Below, in pieces: positions 49,725 to 63,254 of a stretch of 64,000 bases of DNA; position 1 is the first letter of the stretch; each line of letters begins with the position of its first letter. The notes beneath the pieces are model-generated. The model saw only the letters and a program-made list of their open reading frames with translations, made no database searches and had not been told where the DNA came from. The DNA is taken from NCBI GenBank assembly GCA_964234715.1, contig OZ174280.1. One strand, given 5' to 3'. Source of the DNA: Podarcis melisellensis (taxonomy: Eukaryota). A program made the position numbers and the translations under genes.

Positions 49725-50519
49725 ATGATGGCTACAGAATCTGGCTTGGCCCTGGGCACATTAGCCTTTGCTTTCTTTGTACCGCTGTCGGTGGCTTCTC
49801 ATGAGGCAGTGACCATTCCCGAAGCCCTGATGACGGCTTCGGGAAGAGTTGTAGTCAGTTCCACAAGCTGCAGCGTCACCTGTGGGCTGGGTTACAAGGA
49901 AGAAGAGTCATGTGAGATTAGGCCTGATGGGCAAAGGAGAGGCTGCAAACGACGGAAGGTGGACTGTTTGAACAGTTGGATCTGTGGGATGCGGCACTTC
50001 ACTGCCCTAGTGGGCAGGCCATTCGAGATCAGCTGCCTAACCACTGCGGAGATAGGTCCCGACACCCAGAGCTTCAGCTACACATGGAGGCTGGCCCGAG
50101 GCATCATCACAACAGATGATACTCTCTTTGCCCCTTTCAAGAATCCTGGCTTTGTCATTAAGCTTTACCCCGCTGAGGAATACGATGCGGGGACGTACAG
50201 GTGTGATGTGCAGTTCATGAAAAACTACAAGGTTGTCAAGAGAATCTACTTTGGGCTTCGTGTGATCCCCGGCGACATGGTGGATTTGAATTTTGACAAA
50301 TCCTTAACGCTGGAACAGCAACCAGAAAGTGAAAATAACCAACAGAACGCCACCAGCATGCCAGCCCAGGGTCGGTGGGGCTCTTGGCGCCAGAGGGCTG
50401 TGTTTGTGTTTCTGGTTGGCATTGGAAGTGGCTTGGTGCTCGGGGCTGTGCTGCACAGCCTTCTCTACTGTGTCCTGTGCCCCAACCACCATGAAAACGA
50501 TGAACGTGATGGGGAATGA
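49725..50519 (+). CDS. TMEM81: Transmembrane protein 81 (IZUMO1/SPACA6-like Ig-domain sperm fertilization factor), single coding exon
   Basis: 264-aa ORF: signal peptide, CSVTCGLG Cys cluster, Ig domain (ISC...YTW...ITTDD...DAGTYRC), NAT sequon, C-terminal TM helix. Sits between RBBP5 and CNTN2 as in other vertebrates. Confidence 0.93.
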   Translation: MMATESGLALGTLAFAFFVPLSVASHEAVTIPEALMTASGRVVVSSTSCSVTCGLGYKEEESCEIRPDGQRRGCKRRKVDCLNSWICGMRHFTALVGRPFEISCLTTAEIGPDTQSFSYTWRLARGIITTDDTLFAPFKNPGFVIKLYPAEEYDAGTYRCDVQFMKNYKVVKRIYFGLRVIPGDMVDLNFDKSLTLEQQPESENNQQNATSMPAQGRWGSWRQRAVFVFLVGIGSGLVLGAVLHSLLYCVLCPNHHENDERDGE

Positions 50520-50661
50520 GATGTGTTGTTTTGTAGACTTGCTATATTAGATTGCTCTTGTACATCACAATTTCACTATGGTAATCTTATCACTTCAGGC
50601 TTCTGAAGATCATTTGGTGACGTTAATCATAAACATAGTTCCATTTGATTTATTAGAGAGT

Positions 50662-50667
50662 AATAAA
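50662..50667 (+). terminator. Probable TMEM81 poly(A) signal
   Basis: AATAAA 143 nt after the stop. Confidence 0.6.
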
Positions 50668-53600
50668 ATTCCATCCTGTGCCTTAATGGTAAAAGGTTAA
50701 GTGTGGGGAAACTGTTTCCTGCCCACAGGCCACATTTTCTCATAGACAATGTTCAGGGGGCCACATAATGATGGTGGGTGGGGCCGGAGGGGAAAGTGGG
50801 TAGGACAAAGGATGAGACTCTTACAGTAGGCTGCATTCCAGCTACGAGAAAGCCAGAGGTTTCTACACTTGCCCACATAACAACCCAACTTCTCCATAAT
50901 GCAAGAGGTATCAGAGTTCATGGACATATGCCATGCAGGAAAAAGCACTCAAGGAGGACACTGGGGAGGGGGCCTGCCAAGGGGCGTGGCCTAGAGAGCC
51001 ACACATGGCCTTCAAGTCTGAGGTTCCCAACTGCTGGTTTGAAGCCAAAACCTCTGAAAGGTAGTGCAAAATCTGGGAGTCTGTAACAGTTAGTGGGTTC
51101 TGTGGTAAGAGTACATGCTTTGCCTGAACTACACTACTGCCTTGGTTGACATTCTCTTGGGAATAATATCTGAGAATTTGATGGACGTTCCTTTCCTGTA
51201 AGGTGGGTTCCTTGGCCAAATTCATGACAGGTTCTTTCTATGACAGGTGGGCCTCAGTGTGACAGGGAGCTAAGTGGTCCAGACATGCAGACGATGACAC
51301 CTTAAAAGGGAAAAACCTAATGTTTTCTTCTTCTTATTGGCTCCCACTACATTTCGGCATTAGCTTGCAGGGTTTTTTTAATTTCTCATGAAAATTCTGT
51401 ATGGTTCCCATTCAAATTTCTTATGATAAACACATATTTGCTAACAAATTTCCCTAATAGCATGCATTGAATGTTATTTTTCACTAAGCTAATGTGTTTC
51501 TATACACAGGTTCTCCTGTACACACATTTTTGCACACGTTATTTGGTTGGAAAACTCCCAACACAAAATTCAGAGAAGTCTAAATTTCAGAGAGGAGCTT
51601 TGCTTTAGTTTGGATGTTTTGGAAAGTGTGAATCAGGTAGGTTCGCATTAAAATCCCAACCAAACTTCTCCTTCCATCCCTCCCAGCATTGTTCAGACAA
51701 TTTGAACCACCTTTCCACTTCTGAAGGCATAATTGAAATTTAGGGGAATACTGCACCCCCTGAAAAAAATGCATAGTGTATCTATCCTCCATGCATTTGC
51801 ACAATTTCCCATGGTTGCCATCTCAGAGATTTCCCCAACATTTCAATACAGGATGGTATATTTGCCAGGGTGGGTGCTGGCTATGTTTCAGCTTAACAAA
51901 GACTCCACCCCCACTCTTACCCTGATTGCCTTCCTTTGTGCAACTAGTAGGGATATCAGCACTATCTTATTTTTTTCATGCTCACACTTCCAACCTCTTG
52001 CTCAAATCATTCCCAACTTCTGGTTAGAAGAAATACACGTTTGGAAATAAGTCACAATGGATATGTTCAATGAAGTCTTTTTGAAGATCTTTATTTAAGA
52101 ACTGCGTGCTACTGTAGCCAATAAGTAACATTAATCATCATCTGCTTACAATGCTTGGGGGATTTTTTTTAAGTTGTTCTATTCATTTCTTTAAAAAAAT
52201 AGTGTACAACAAAATTACTGAGAATGTACTTGCGCCACCCCCATTTCCTGTACAATGAAACTGGAATAGAAGAGGCAAAGGAGAGTTCTTGAAGATAGTG
52301 TAAGGTTTTCAAGTTAAGTGCGAGGAAGCCAGACCCCAGATTAGTGATTAGGCAAAGCCAGAAGAAAAATGTCTTGCAAGGGTGGCCAATGTGGTCCCCT
52401 CACTTGAGGCTGTGAACTGCAACTCTCATCAATCACCCAGGGCCATTGGCAGTGCTGGTTGGGTTTGCTGAGGGCAGCAGTCCACACATAGGGGCCACCA
52501 CATGGGCTGTTCCTGCTGTAGTCAGTATCAAAAGCTTGGGAGTCCACATCAGTTGTGTCATTACGATGTGGCTTTGGTGAGCTCCACTGCAATCTATAGA
52601 GTAGGGGTGGCCAACAAGGTGCCTGCCAGATGTTGTTAGACTCCAGCTCCCATCATCTCTAGCAAGCTTGGCCAGTGGTTAGAAATGACAGGAGTTGTAG
52701 TCCAAAACACCTGGAGAATGCTAGGTTGGGGGAGGCCACAGACTACATTCAGCTTGTGTTAAGTTAATGGCCATGTTACCTGGAATGGGCACATCCAGCC
52801 CTCTCCATACATGGCCTTCGGAACGAGTGAATGACCACGTGCTGTTGCAGTCACCTTAGGCCACTGGGTTGCTTCAAAACAGAGAAAGCAGGAATCCTTC
52901 CAAACAAAACCATACCATGCATACCACAGAACACATCAATGACATCCCTGACCTTGCTTGACCTTCACGCTCCAATCAGATGGAGAAAACCTTACTACCA
53001 TCAGTGAATGAAAGCAGTGAAAGGCAGGCAGGCAAAACACGTTATTTGTGAAAAATAAAAATGCCGGTCTAAGTGTGGATAAAAACAATGAAAATGAAAC
53101 AGTGTGGATCATGCCTTAGTGAATTATTGTACTTAGCAGTCAGGCTAATCAAACCATGCTGTGTAATGGACACAACTATAATAGGGGAAATATATATGTA
53201 TATTTATATATATATTGGGGATATATAAGAAGGGGAAAGTTGTATTGTATTCTGGTATTCAGTTCCTAACAGCCCTGATCCATGGAATCTCAACTGCAAG
53301 AGGAGGATGCAGAACTGCGGCAGCATTCAGGAAGCTGTTCCCTGCACACCCACAATGTGACCAGCACTGATCTCCCACTAGGTGACTGGCAGGAAGGGCA
53401 CTGAGCGTAAGGTGGGCACTTGCTTCTCTCTGATGAAAGCAGGGACGGGGAACCCATGACTTTTTAGATATTGTTGGACTATACCTCCCATCATACCCGA
53501 TTATTGACCATGCTGGGAGTTGGAGACTAATAACACCTAGAGGGTCACAGCCTTCCCACCGCTGGAACAATCCTTGGCATTACTAGTAATGCCAAGCTGC

Positions 53601-54070
53601 ATGGGGAAAACCTCTGTAGGTCCAGAGTGCCGATTTTTCAATATCATGGGAAAATGCTTAAGGGTGGGCAGGCTTCAGTTTTGCAGGATCCACTTTTTGG
53701 ATTGGGAGGGAAAGGAGCAAAGGACGTACACTTGCAGCGTATTGCTACGCAAGTTTGCTTTGAAGCAGATATGTACCAGATAGGCGCTTCAGGACTAAAT
53801 AAAGTAAATTAAAATGAAAGCAGCAATACAAAAACCCACAAATCCACATCTAAATACAAGCTCATAGATGACAGTTTGGGGAACTCCTGATCTAGCTGCA
53901 GTCTTTTCACTAACACTGTAAAGTAAGCCAGCATTATTGCAGGTATAGACTGAGAGTAGACCACCTAAGACAACACAATGAGTTAATGACAGAGATTTGA
54001 TTCAAGCCACGGACTTTAGCCACTATGTTTACCCCCAGCTCTCTGGGACCCAGAAATCTTTGCCAATCTA

Positions 54071-54440
54071 GGTAAAGGTAAAAGACCCCTGGATGGTTAA
54101 GTCCAGCCAAAGGCGACTGGGGTTGTGGCGCTCATCTCGCTTTCAGGCCGAGGGAGCTGGCGTTTATCCACAGACAGTTTTCCAGGTCATGTGGCCAGCA
54201 TGACTAAACAGCTTCTGGCGCAACGGAACACTGACGGAAACCAGAGCACACACAAATGCCATTTACCTTCCCACCACAGCGGTACCTATTTATCTACTTG
54301 CACTGGTGTGCTTTTGAACTGCTAGGTTGGCAGAAGCAGAGCAATAGGAGCTCACCCCATCACAGGGATTTGAACCACCGACCTTCCAATCGGCAAGCCC
54401 AAGAGGCTCAGTGGTTTAGACCACAGCGCCACCCGTGTCC
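54071..54440 (-). mobile_element. Sauria-type SINE
   Basis: GGTAAAGGTAAA tail on +, head at the right end, TSD CAATCTA on both sides; homologous to 24339-24705. Confidence 0.88.
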
Positions 54441-57400
54441 CAATCTACTGCAAGTCCTCAAGACAGCTATCAGTAGATGCCTCTCTACTGTTAGCTTGCC
54501 TGTAAACACTGATACAGTATAAAACCTGAATGTGTACTGCAGTTTTATTTATACATGGTAAGTTGGAGTATGAATGTAAATGTAACAAAAAGAATATATT
54601 TCAATGCATGAGAAGAAATAACACAAATTCAAAAACAAATGCACATATAAATATACATACATACATACATACATACATACACACGTAATTTCACAGGGCT
54701 ATTTATCATACATCCTAATCATGTCTCACTTTTATATTTTAAAATACTGCTTTATTTTAAACAGCAAGTCTGAAGTCTAGAGTGACACTCATGGAAAAGA
54801 GTCAACTGGTATCCTTTCCAATCAATGTGTCTCAGGTGAATTTTGCCAGTAATATGCCAGGGATGCAGTTCAGAATGACGATACCTGGCCTGAGCCCCAC
54901 CTGAGCCCAAGGAAATGTTAACATTTGCAAAGTGTCTCTGGCATGCCCAGTTCTATCCCATTCTACGCACATTACATAAACTATAACAAATTGTTTCATT
55001 AGCACAGCTATAGGCATGAAGTTCTCCACAGGGCTCAGCTTCGTTTGAAGCCAAGCGGAATTGGAAGTATTCTAGATTGCATGCTAGAATACAACAAGGA
55101 TGTCTTTTTTGCTTCTCTGGAGAAATTCCCTCATTCTAAAATACAGCCTACCAAAACACATTGATGCACTGCACAAATGCCTACCTTGCATGCTTTTAGA
55201 TAAGGGCATGAAACACTCTTCTATGGCCCACACAGGGGACATGGTCTGCCTCTCCCTTTTTGCCTGTGTGGAACAAAATCTCCCGCTTGCTTTTCTATAC
55301 ACCCTGACTTGAGTTTGCGCACTGCTGTCAAAATACTCCTTCAGGTCAACAGGAGGGAAGAACTGCAACAAAACAATATATGCAACTGAAAAGTACAATA
55401 ACATTTTCGAAGCAATTTGGAGTCCTCAAAGTGCTCCTCGTACATGATCTCAGAGATCCTTACAAATCATCCTGAAAGGCAAATCAGTATTATTATCACA
55501 CCTCCTATTACAGATGAGGCACTGAGGTTGAGTGATAGCGGCTTGTCTAAGGCCACCTACTGCATCCATTGCAGAGGCAAGCTGTGAATCAAGGAACTCT
55601 TGGTTTACAGGTCATGTCTCTTAGCCAATCACAACGCTGTGTTAGCTCCCAAAGAAATAGCTTCCAGCTAGAGATAGGCAGATCTGTCTATTTCCAGTCT
55701 CTGTCAGTTTCTCACATGTTCGTTCACAAATCTATCACTTCCTGCTTTATCAATCTGCAATTTATTAAAAATCAATACAGAAATTCATATTTAAATATCA
55801 TTTAAATATGTATTTTATTACAAAAATCATATTTAAATGTGTATTTCATATCCATGTGTGCATTTCTAAATCTATTTTATCCTTAAAAACACATATTATT
55901 ATTTTTACACATTTTGGTATGTATTTTGGGCCAAGAAGTGCAAAACTGAAGGTCAACTATGGTCCAATTGATGTATTAGGCATGTATTAGCCTGGGAGAT
56001 GCAAATAAGGTCAGTCTGCTTAAAAATGTGCTCTTTCATCCCCACTTCCAACACTCCAGTGCAAGCTGGAGGATACCTTAAACACTTTCTTCTGTCAGGA
56101 TAAAGATTTTTTTTTTAAAGGCAGCTTGGTTTGGCACCCACCCACCCCTTAGATGGAGGAGAGAACAACCAAGCGTGTCCCTGGGAAAGAACAGAAGAGG
56201 GATGAGATACAACTAGCTTAACACCAAGGTGGAACTCCTTGGCCAAGGAGGTAGGGCCTAGGCCCTGACTGGATTCATAGACACCCCACCTTAGTGAAGA
56301 AAAAAGGCCTTTTCATGCCCTTGAAAAGAGACAAGGCTACATCCCATCAAACTCAACAGAGATGAGCAGAGCAACAAGATGTATCCCGCCAGCAGCCATT
56401 TTTAACAGAATGCAAATGTAAAACTATTGGCATCGCACTTATACACAATGCTAGTAAAGTTACTCTACAGTTTTTAGGTTTTCCACATTACCAAAGTAGA
56501 GCAGACTATGTTGAGGGGGTAATACAAGACCACTGGAAAACAGGTTTCTGCGTCCTTTTCAGTTTGCATCTTGTTTAAAGCATCAAAATATCAAGGCTCA
56601 GTTTTTCAAACACCCAGCTGTCAATCACTTGGCCCTCTCTGCCCAGGTTGTCAGGAGAACTCGGCATGCTGGGTGAGCACTTCCACTGTTGAGGACAGGT
56701 ATGGTGAACCTGTGGCCCTCCAGATGTTGATGAACTTCAACTCCCATCATCAGTAATCAGCATGGCCAATGGTCAGGGATGATGGTAGTCCAGCAGCATC
56801 TGGAGAACCAAAGATACTCTGAACGCTGCTACCAGTATTTAATTTCTGAAAGAGCAAAATGGTGGAATTCAAGCTTGCCTGGAACCTGCAACCTCTAATC
56901 AGATCCCACTCCATGGCTATCTAGAGGAGAAGTTAAGGTATGCTGCACATTTTCAAAGGCAACTTGGTTTGATCACTTGATAGGTTCCTGGTCCAAGCTC
57001 TAGCTTAATTTAAGCCTAGTATACCACAATGTGTCGTGCAGAGATAACTCACACCTGATGCTTCTGAGTAACTACAAGTGACATATCTTGAGTAGCCACA
57101 GTTCAATGGTAAACCACATGCAGAAGGTCCATGGTTCATTTCCCAGTATCTAGTTACAAACCATTTGGGAACGAACTTTGCTTCATATGTTGGAGAGATT
57201 CCCTTAATGCCAACAAAACCTCTTAATGCCAACCAATCTACCCCAAACAAGAAATATACCAAGCCTTCAATAAAAATAGAGCAAGAACTCTAAAATTCAC
57301 ATAAAATATACAAAACATAGCTATAACTTGCATTTGAACAACAGAAGAGCTTCCATCAAAAGGGGAAGCTAGCCCATAATTTAAGACTAACATTTCTAAA

Positions 57401-57790
57401 AAGGATGTAAATTATGGAGGACAATTCACATTCTATGTAGGTACCTTAGGACTGGAGCAGACACAATAAAATAGACTTGTAACGAACCTTTTCTTTCTCT
57501 AGCTTTCTCCTTTGACGGTGAGTGAAGTACCTATATTTACCCCCTTATTAGAGCTGATAATGGCTTGGGGAGACGTTGCCCAAGTTAATCACCACCTCTC
57601 CAGCCAACCGAGTAGCTACAGGGGTTGCTATCCACATCCGTTCAACACTGTGAAATATGAAGAACGCCATCACCAAGAGGGAAAACACGATCATCAAGTC
57701 ATTTCTGTATGTTTAAGATCTGAAGAAGTTTTCCAATTGCTAAAAGAAGCAACTCCTGCACCTCCCTTCAGAGACAAAATATGTGGGCTC

Positions 57791-57814
57791 AGTAGTAGTA
57801 GTAGTAGTAGTAGT
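57791..57814. repeat. (AGT)8 microsatellite
   Basis: Direct reading. Confidence 0.9.
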
Positions 57815-59248
57815 AATATACCCCGCCCACCTGGCTGGGTAGCCCCAGTAAGCATCTGTCCTATTTTCTGAGTTCAGGAAAGTACAAGGGTGTTTTATAG
57901 TGCGTAACAGGATTCCTACACAAATCTTATTGGTTCGTTCTTACAAGCTGTTTGGGGAGCTGAAGTTTTTTCCCCTTCCTTAGTCTACAAAAGATGTAAA
58001 GCACACTAAGAGAGATCGACCAGCTAAGAACAAACATTAAATCACTGAAGAACGTTCTGAGAAACAAAAGGTATCTGTCAGCATTCTTATGTCTCAGTTC
58101 AGGCGCTCGATTGATCTACTATTCAGTTCTGACAGTGATCAGTAGGCATTGAGAGGCATAACATTTCCAAATATTTATTGGTTTGGCAACCACACATGAC
58201 CTGAGAACTTTCCTACAGGTGGAGAGGCATGACAACTTAATAGATTGAATTTGCTCTCAGGTCCAAGGCAGGTTAATGGAAGTTTGGGCAGATGATATTA
58301 CTATGTAAAAGTGGAAAGAGACCACCTCCAGTCTACCACATTCAAATGTCCTTTTAGACAGACCCTGAACCTTTCCCTTCTGACATAGAAGCTCCTCTGG
58401 TATCTCTTTCACTTCAGAACACCTAATGAAGTGGGGCAGGGGGAGGAGAAGGAAAGAAAAGCAAAGGAAAATGCAAGAACTGGTAAATGCATGTGTGTTG
58501 CGCCAAGTGTGGCAAAGCACCGAAGATTACAAGCAGCACATACTGGGTGGAAGCCACATGGCAAGGCAACTTAATGTTTTTGGTTCCACCCGTGAGCCTC
58601 AATTTTCTACTTTTGGCAACCCATTCACAAAGCTCTGCTTGCTTCTTCTAAAGTCTGGGGTGGGAAATGCTTGTCCATCACCATTAGCTTTCTCCACTTC
58701 AGTTGGTTGCCATGAAAGGCAGTGATTAGACTAATGATGCCACTCAGTGACTTCTCCTTCATCTTTGAACCCAAGAGTCATCAGTTCAATACTGGCTGGA
58801 ATGATACAGAGCATGCTCGTCTCTTTGAAAACCTCTCCCCAAAAGATACTGCGTTTATTCTGTAATTTAAAAAAAGAAAGAAAGAAAACAAGGTTCAAGA
58901 TTGAGTTTTAAGAGTCTGTTTCCTTCTGTACATGGCTTTGTAAGGCAGAAGAATCTACTGAATACAGTAATATGAGACAGCCAGTTTCCAGAATTCATAT
59001 GAAATTCATCCTTTTGTTTCTTCAGTTAAAAAAAATCACTGACTGATTAAAGACTCGCGTCTTGTATGAAATATTCTATTTTCTAAAAAAAGAAAAAGGA
59101 AGAAAAGAGTATATATATATATATTTCTCTTGAGTTCTTTTCTACTACTAGTTGTAGTAGAAATTTGTACTCCCAATGGTCAGTTGTTGATTTGCTCTCT
59201 GGCTTGATGAGGAGGAATCCAACATATCTCTTTAACAGGGGCTGGTTA

Positions 59249-59358
59249 TCAGAGCTCCAAGCAACCCATTAGTGCAGACAGAATTAGTGAGTACATCAGA
59301 GCAACCACTGTATTTGCCACTGGACGGTCAGCAGAATTTTGCACCATCATACTGGTCC
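59249..59358 (-). CDS. CNTN2: CNTN2 last coding exon, GPI-anchor signal [36 protein letters not shown]
   Basis: cttacag|GG on minus; TGA at 59251-59249. Confidence 0.9.
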
Positions 59359-62300
59359 CTGTAAGAAAGAAACAATGCGGTTGAGTTGCAAAAACACAAG
59401 TAAAAAGGCCCTTTGTTTTGAACAAGCAGAAGCTTCAGAATTTCCTGAAGTGTTTGTTATGCGTTTTCCATTGTATGCTATGCTACAGGGGAAGGCGAAG
59501 GCGAAGGCGAAACACTGGCTCAGCAAGTCAGCATTGCTCCAGTACTGGAGCAAACTCTAGATTCCAGAACCAGTGGGGGCAGATTCTGGGAGCCTGGAGA
59601 TCAACGCTATGCATATTTCTGAAGCATGGCTTGGGGTCTGTGTGTTCAATGAATGCATTCTGACGTATGTGTGGAGCTTGCCTATGCTCGCATGCACATA
59701 TCTGCCACCACCACTTGTGATGACTGAATATGTGGAGTACCAGCCATGCTTCTGAAAGAGGCTCATGTGGTTTGTCCTTTAAACTGTCCCTGTTATGACT
59801 TTGGATTGGCCTATTCAAAACACCCCGCTGATGGAAAAACATTTTTGAAATGGTTGAAGCCTATTGTGTTAATGTTTATGTATCTAGAGACATGTCAAGG
59901 GTACTTCAATCACCTGCAGTTCCCAGCTTCCCTTCCTGTTCCACCCATTAAATACCCAGCTCCTCCTGTTACATGAAGGCTGTGCAGATGTTTCTCAGTT
60001 TGCCCTTGACTCCCAGTTTATCCTTCTCAGTCCATCTCCCACTGAAGATCTTTCTCTTCCTTTTACATAAGAGAAGTGCTCATGGTAAGATAAGCTAGTT
60101 GAAGGTTGCCCAACTTTTACTTACATAAGTGAAACAAAGGCCAGCCAGGAGAGAAGTATTCTAAAATACAAGCCATTTATAATGGAATGTATTTGCACAG
60201 AGAGTTTTGTTGATCTAGTCATTCAATTAGTGCATTGCTTAATTGATCACTCAACTGCTTGCGTTGCAATACATTTCTCAATATTATTGATTTACTGATG
60301 AAGATCTACTGTTTCACTCTGTTCTTCTCCAAGGTTTTGTGTGTGTGTTTTTTTAACCAAACCAAACACTGGCATGATTATTTTCTGACTTTGGTTCCAG
60401 AGACCTTTTTGAGTGTGCAGCTGATGTAACAGTCCTGCTTCTGTGTGCATATGTGAGCCACTATAACTGGATGTCTTAGGAGTTTGCTTACCTCTTCAAA
60501 ATGAATTTGAGACAACTAAACTTGAATTTTTCCTGGTGGTATGCAATGGTACACAGTACCACCACCTTTTATTGAGAAGGAGGAAGGAGGGGTTCTTGGG
60601 CCCTGTCACAGCATTGAACCTCCTTCCCTAAGCTGGGCAAATGCTCCCTCGACTTTGGGAAGGAGATGCAAGGCTCTGACAGGATCCTGGAACCCTTCTG
60701 CCTTCTTCCCCAAGCAGAAATTGTTCTACATGTAATTGCTTTTCCTGGCCCTGAGGAAATTTTGCACCCAGGGCAACTGACCAGAGTACCGGCACCTTTC
60801 TTTTCTAGAAACAAAGTACTGGTGCTACCCCACCCTCCACCATGCTCCACCACTGCATTGCTTCTTCAACTTCCTAAACACAAGTCCCAAACACATTCCA
60901 CAGTGGTGGCTGAACCTGTACTTGTAGTGTTGTCATCAAAATTCTTACTCCCTGGCTTGGAAGTATGAACCTCAGAGCTGCAAGGCGCTTGCTTCAAGTG
61001 TAAGGTCACCCCTGCAGCCCTGTAATTCTTATCCAGTTAAGATTTTAATCCAAGTCGGCGCAGAATTGAACTCCTTTGCCCCCTCATCACAGATTTCAAT
61101 TCATGGTAAACCCAGGGCTTTAATATGCATTAGAATGTTTATGGGATGGGTTCCATGTCCCATTTCACTACCAAATCAAAACGCTCTGACTAAATACTCA
61201 TGGACACTGGACAGGAGTTCAGGCAAGGCACACTTTCCAACTCAAGTGTGGAACAAGAGTCCTTATTGATCCTCCACACTGGAGAAATGTGACCCAGCAC
61301 TATAGCATTCAATCTTGTTATTTCCCCAGCATTTATCCCTTTTAATTTCCCACTGTCACACCAAAGCAGAGAACCAAGTAACAAAGCCAGGGGAGAATAA
61401 ACGTGCCCGTTACTAAAGGCAATTGATCCTGCCGTTTTTAACTTGCCTGCTGGGGCGAAAAGTTGAGCCTACACGATAAATGTAGAATAAGGAGAAAAGA
61501 GAAGAGCAGACGCACCACTGTTTCTCAGGATGCGCACCTCTGCTGGGACTCCATCTCCTCCTGGACCAGTCGTCCTGATTTGCACCACTGCATGAGTAGA
61601 GTCTTCTGGAACCATGATCTCAATCCAATTTTTGGCGGCTGTGTACAGAACAGGAGCTGAGTGCTGGTCCGACTGGTACAGCATCTATTGGGAGGAGGCA
61701 TGTTGAGTTTACTGTTGTTGAGTCCCCTTCAACTTAAGGATCACTCCCATCCCTCAATTATTTTTAAGGAACCAGTAGTCACAGGGGCGGCATGTGCATT
61801 TTCCAATATCTTGCAGAAGACTCCTGAGCCTGATCTTGTGCAAATTTACTTGAGAGTTAAGCCCTTGTTCAGAAATCAAATGTCGATGGGACTTACAGAT
61901 AAGGATGTGTAGAGTCACAGCTACACATCCAGAGAAAATGGAAAGTTGCCCAACAGATGCAGAACCACAGTACAGAGAAAGAATGGAGCAGCCTTTTAAG
62001 ATCTGGATTTAATTCCCCCGGGAAAGCTTAGTGGTTTTTAATGTATGTATTTGATAGTTGCCTTAGTTCTGTGCTGCACACAGCATTTTATTGTGCTGGT
62101 TGTGTATCTGGACTTTTATGCCGGTTGTCTCTTAAGTTTATTGTGGCTTTATTGCAGTATGGATTTACTGTTATTTTTTATTTCATTTATTTTTTATTTG
62201 TGCAATGCCTAGAGCATTTATTTTATGAGGAGTCTTGCTCACTCAGTAAATTAATGAAATACCACCCTGCCACCCAGTGTTATTTCTCAGGGGGGTATAC

Positions 62301-62502
62301 TTTGCACTGACTTATTATACTGCATTTTAGAAGTTAAGAATCCTTCAGCCAAGGGCGGAGGTGGAGGGGGGAGACTTTCTACAAGTTACCTTGTACCCAG
62401 TGACAGCAGACTCATCTGAATTGGCGACCACAGGATCCCACTTGATGCTAATGCTGGTGCTGGAAAACTTCCAGGAAATGTTGCTTGGTGGCCTTTTTGG
62501 TG
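59249..62502 (-). CDS. CNTN2: Contactin-2 (TAG-1/axonin-1), last three coding exons (5'-partial)
   Basis: FNIII-type sequence [11 protein letters not shown]...AVTGYK | MLYQ...[11 protein letters not shown] and a hydrophobic GPI-signal tail; phases consistent; synteny. Confidence 0.93.
61516..61684 (-). CDS. CNTN2: CNTN2 exon MLYQSDQH...EVRILRNS
   Basis: caatag|ATG ... AGTG|gtgcgt on minus; 169 nt. Confidence 0.92.
62390..62502 (-). CDS. CNTN2: CNTN2 exon [37 protein letters not shown]
   Basis: ctctag|CA ... AAG|gtaact on minus; 113 nt. Confidence 0.92.
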
Positions 62503-62718
62503 CTAGAGGATACAAAATGGCAGAGATCTTTACTACAGCAACAGAAAGCAAGACAGAGGCCTACAGACAATGCTTTGGCTGATGAAATCCAATCCACACA
62601 ACCCTTCCTCCCACCTGCCATCTGGCTACCCATTCTACAAATGTGGGAGCATTCCCTCTTCTCTCCCACCCATTCCTCCTGTGCTCCACTTTCTCCCATC
62701 TCCTCAGTCATTCTAGCC

Positions 62719-63062
62719 CAGGCACAGACAAACTCCAGCCCTCCAGTTGTTTGGGAATACAATTCCCATCATCCCTGACCACTGGTCCTGTTACCTAGGG
62801 ATGATGGGAATTGTAGTCCCAAACATCTGGAGGGCTGGAGTTTGCCTGTGCCCACTGGTGGAAGAAGAGGAGTGCGGGGGGAATGCACCACCCCCAGCAG
62901 CGTGATCCCGGTGGGGTGCCATCGCAGCTCCCCCCCGCCTGTGCTGGGCGCCATGCCTCTGCAGGTGCTGCGCCACGCCCCTGGAACGCATGCCTGTCCT
63001 GCCCCCACCTGCTCTCCGCCCCCCAGTGCGGGAGTATGAAGCTCTGCCACTGCCTATGCCTG
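62719..63062. mobile_element. Foldback hAT MITE, interrupted in its right TIR by a second element
   Basis: Perfect 8-bp TSD TTCTAGCC (62711-62718, 63063-63070); near-perfect palindrome over 62719-62852. Confidence 0.85.
62853..63052. mobile_element. GC-rich hAT-type MITE nested in the foldback MITE
   Basis: Ends CACTGGTGGA.../...CTCTGCCACTG; 8-bp TSD CCTGTGCC/CCTATGCC. Confidence 0.8.
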
Positions 63063-63080
63063 TTCTAGCCTCTTGGGAAA

Positions 63081-63254
63081 GGGCTGTAGATCAGCGGCAG
63101 AGCATGTAGAAGGTCCCAAGTTCCACCCCTGGCAACTTCAGGTAAGGCTGGGACTCCTGCCTGAAGCCATGGACAGCTGCTGTCAGTCAGTATAGATATT
63201 TTCTAATACTGAACTAGATGGACCAGTAGTCTGAGTATAAGGCACCACCCTATG
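63081..63254 (+). mobile_element. tRNA-derived SINE (Squam3-like)
   Basis: Similar to 25561-25750. Confidence 0.65.
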
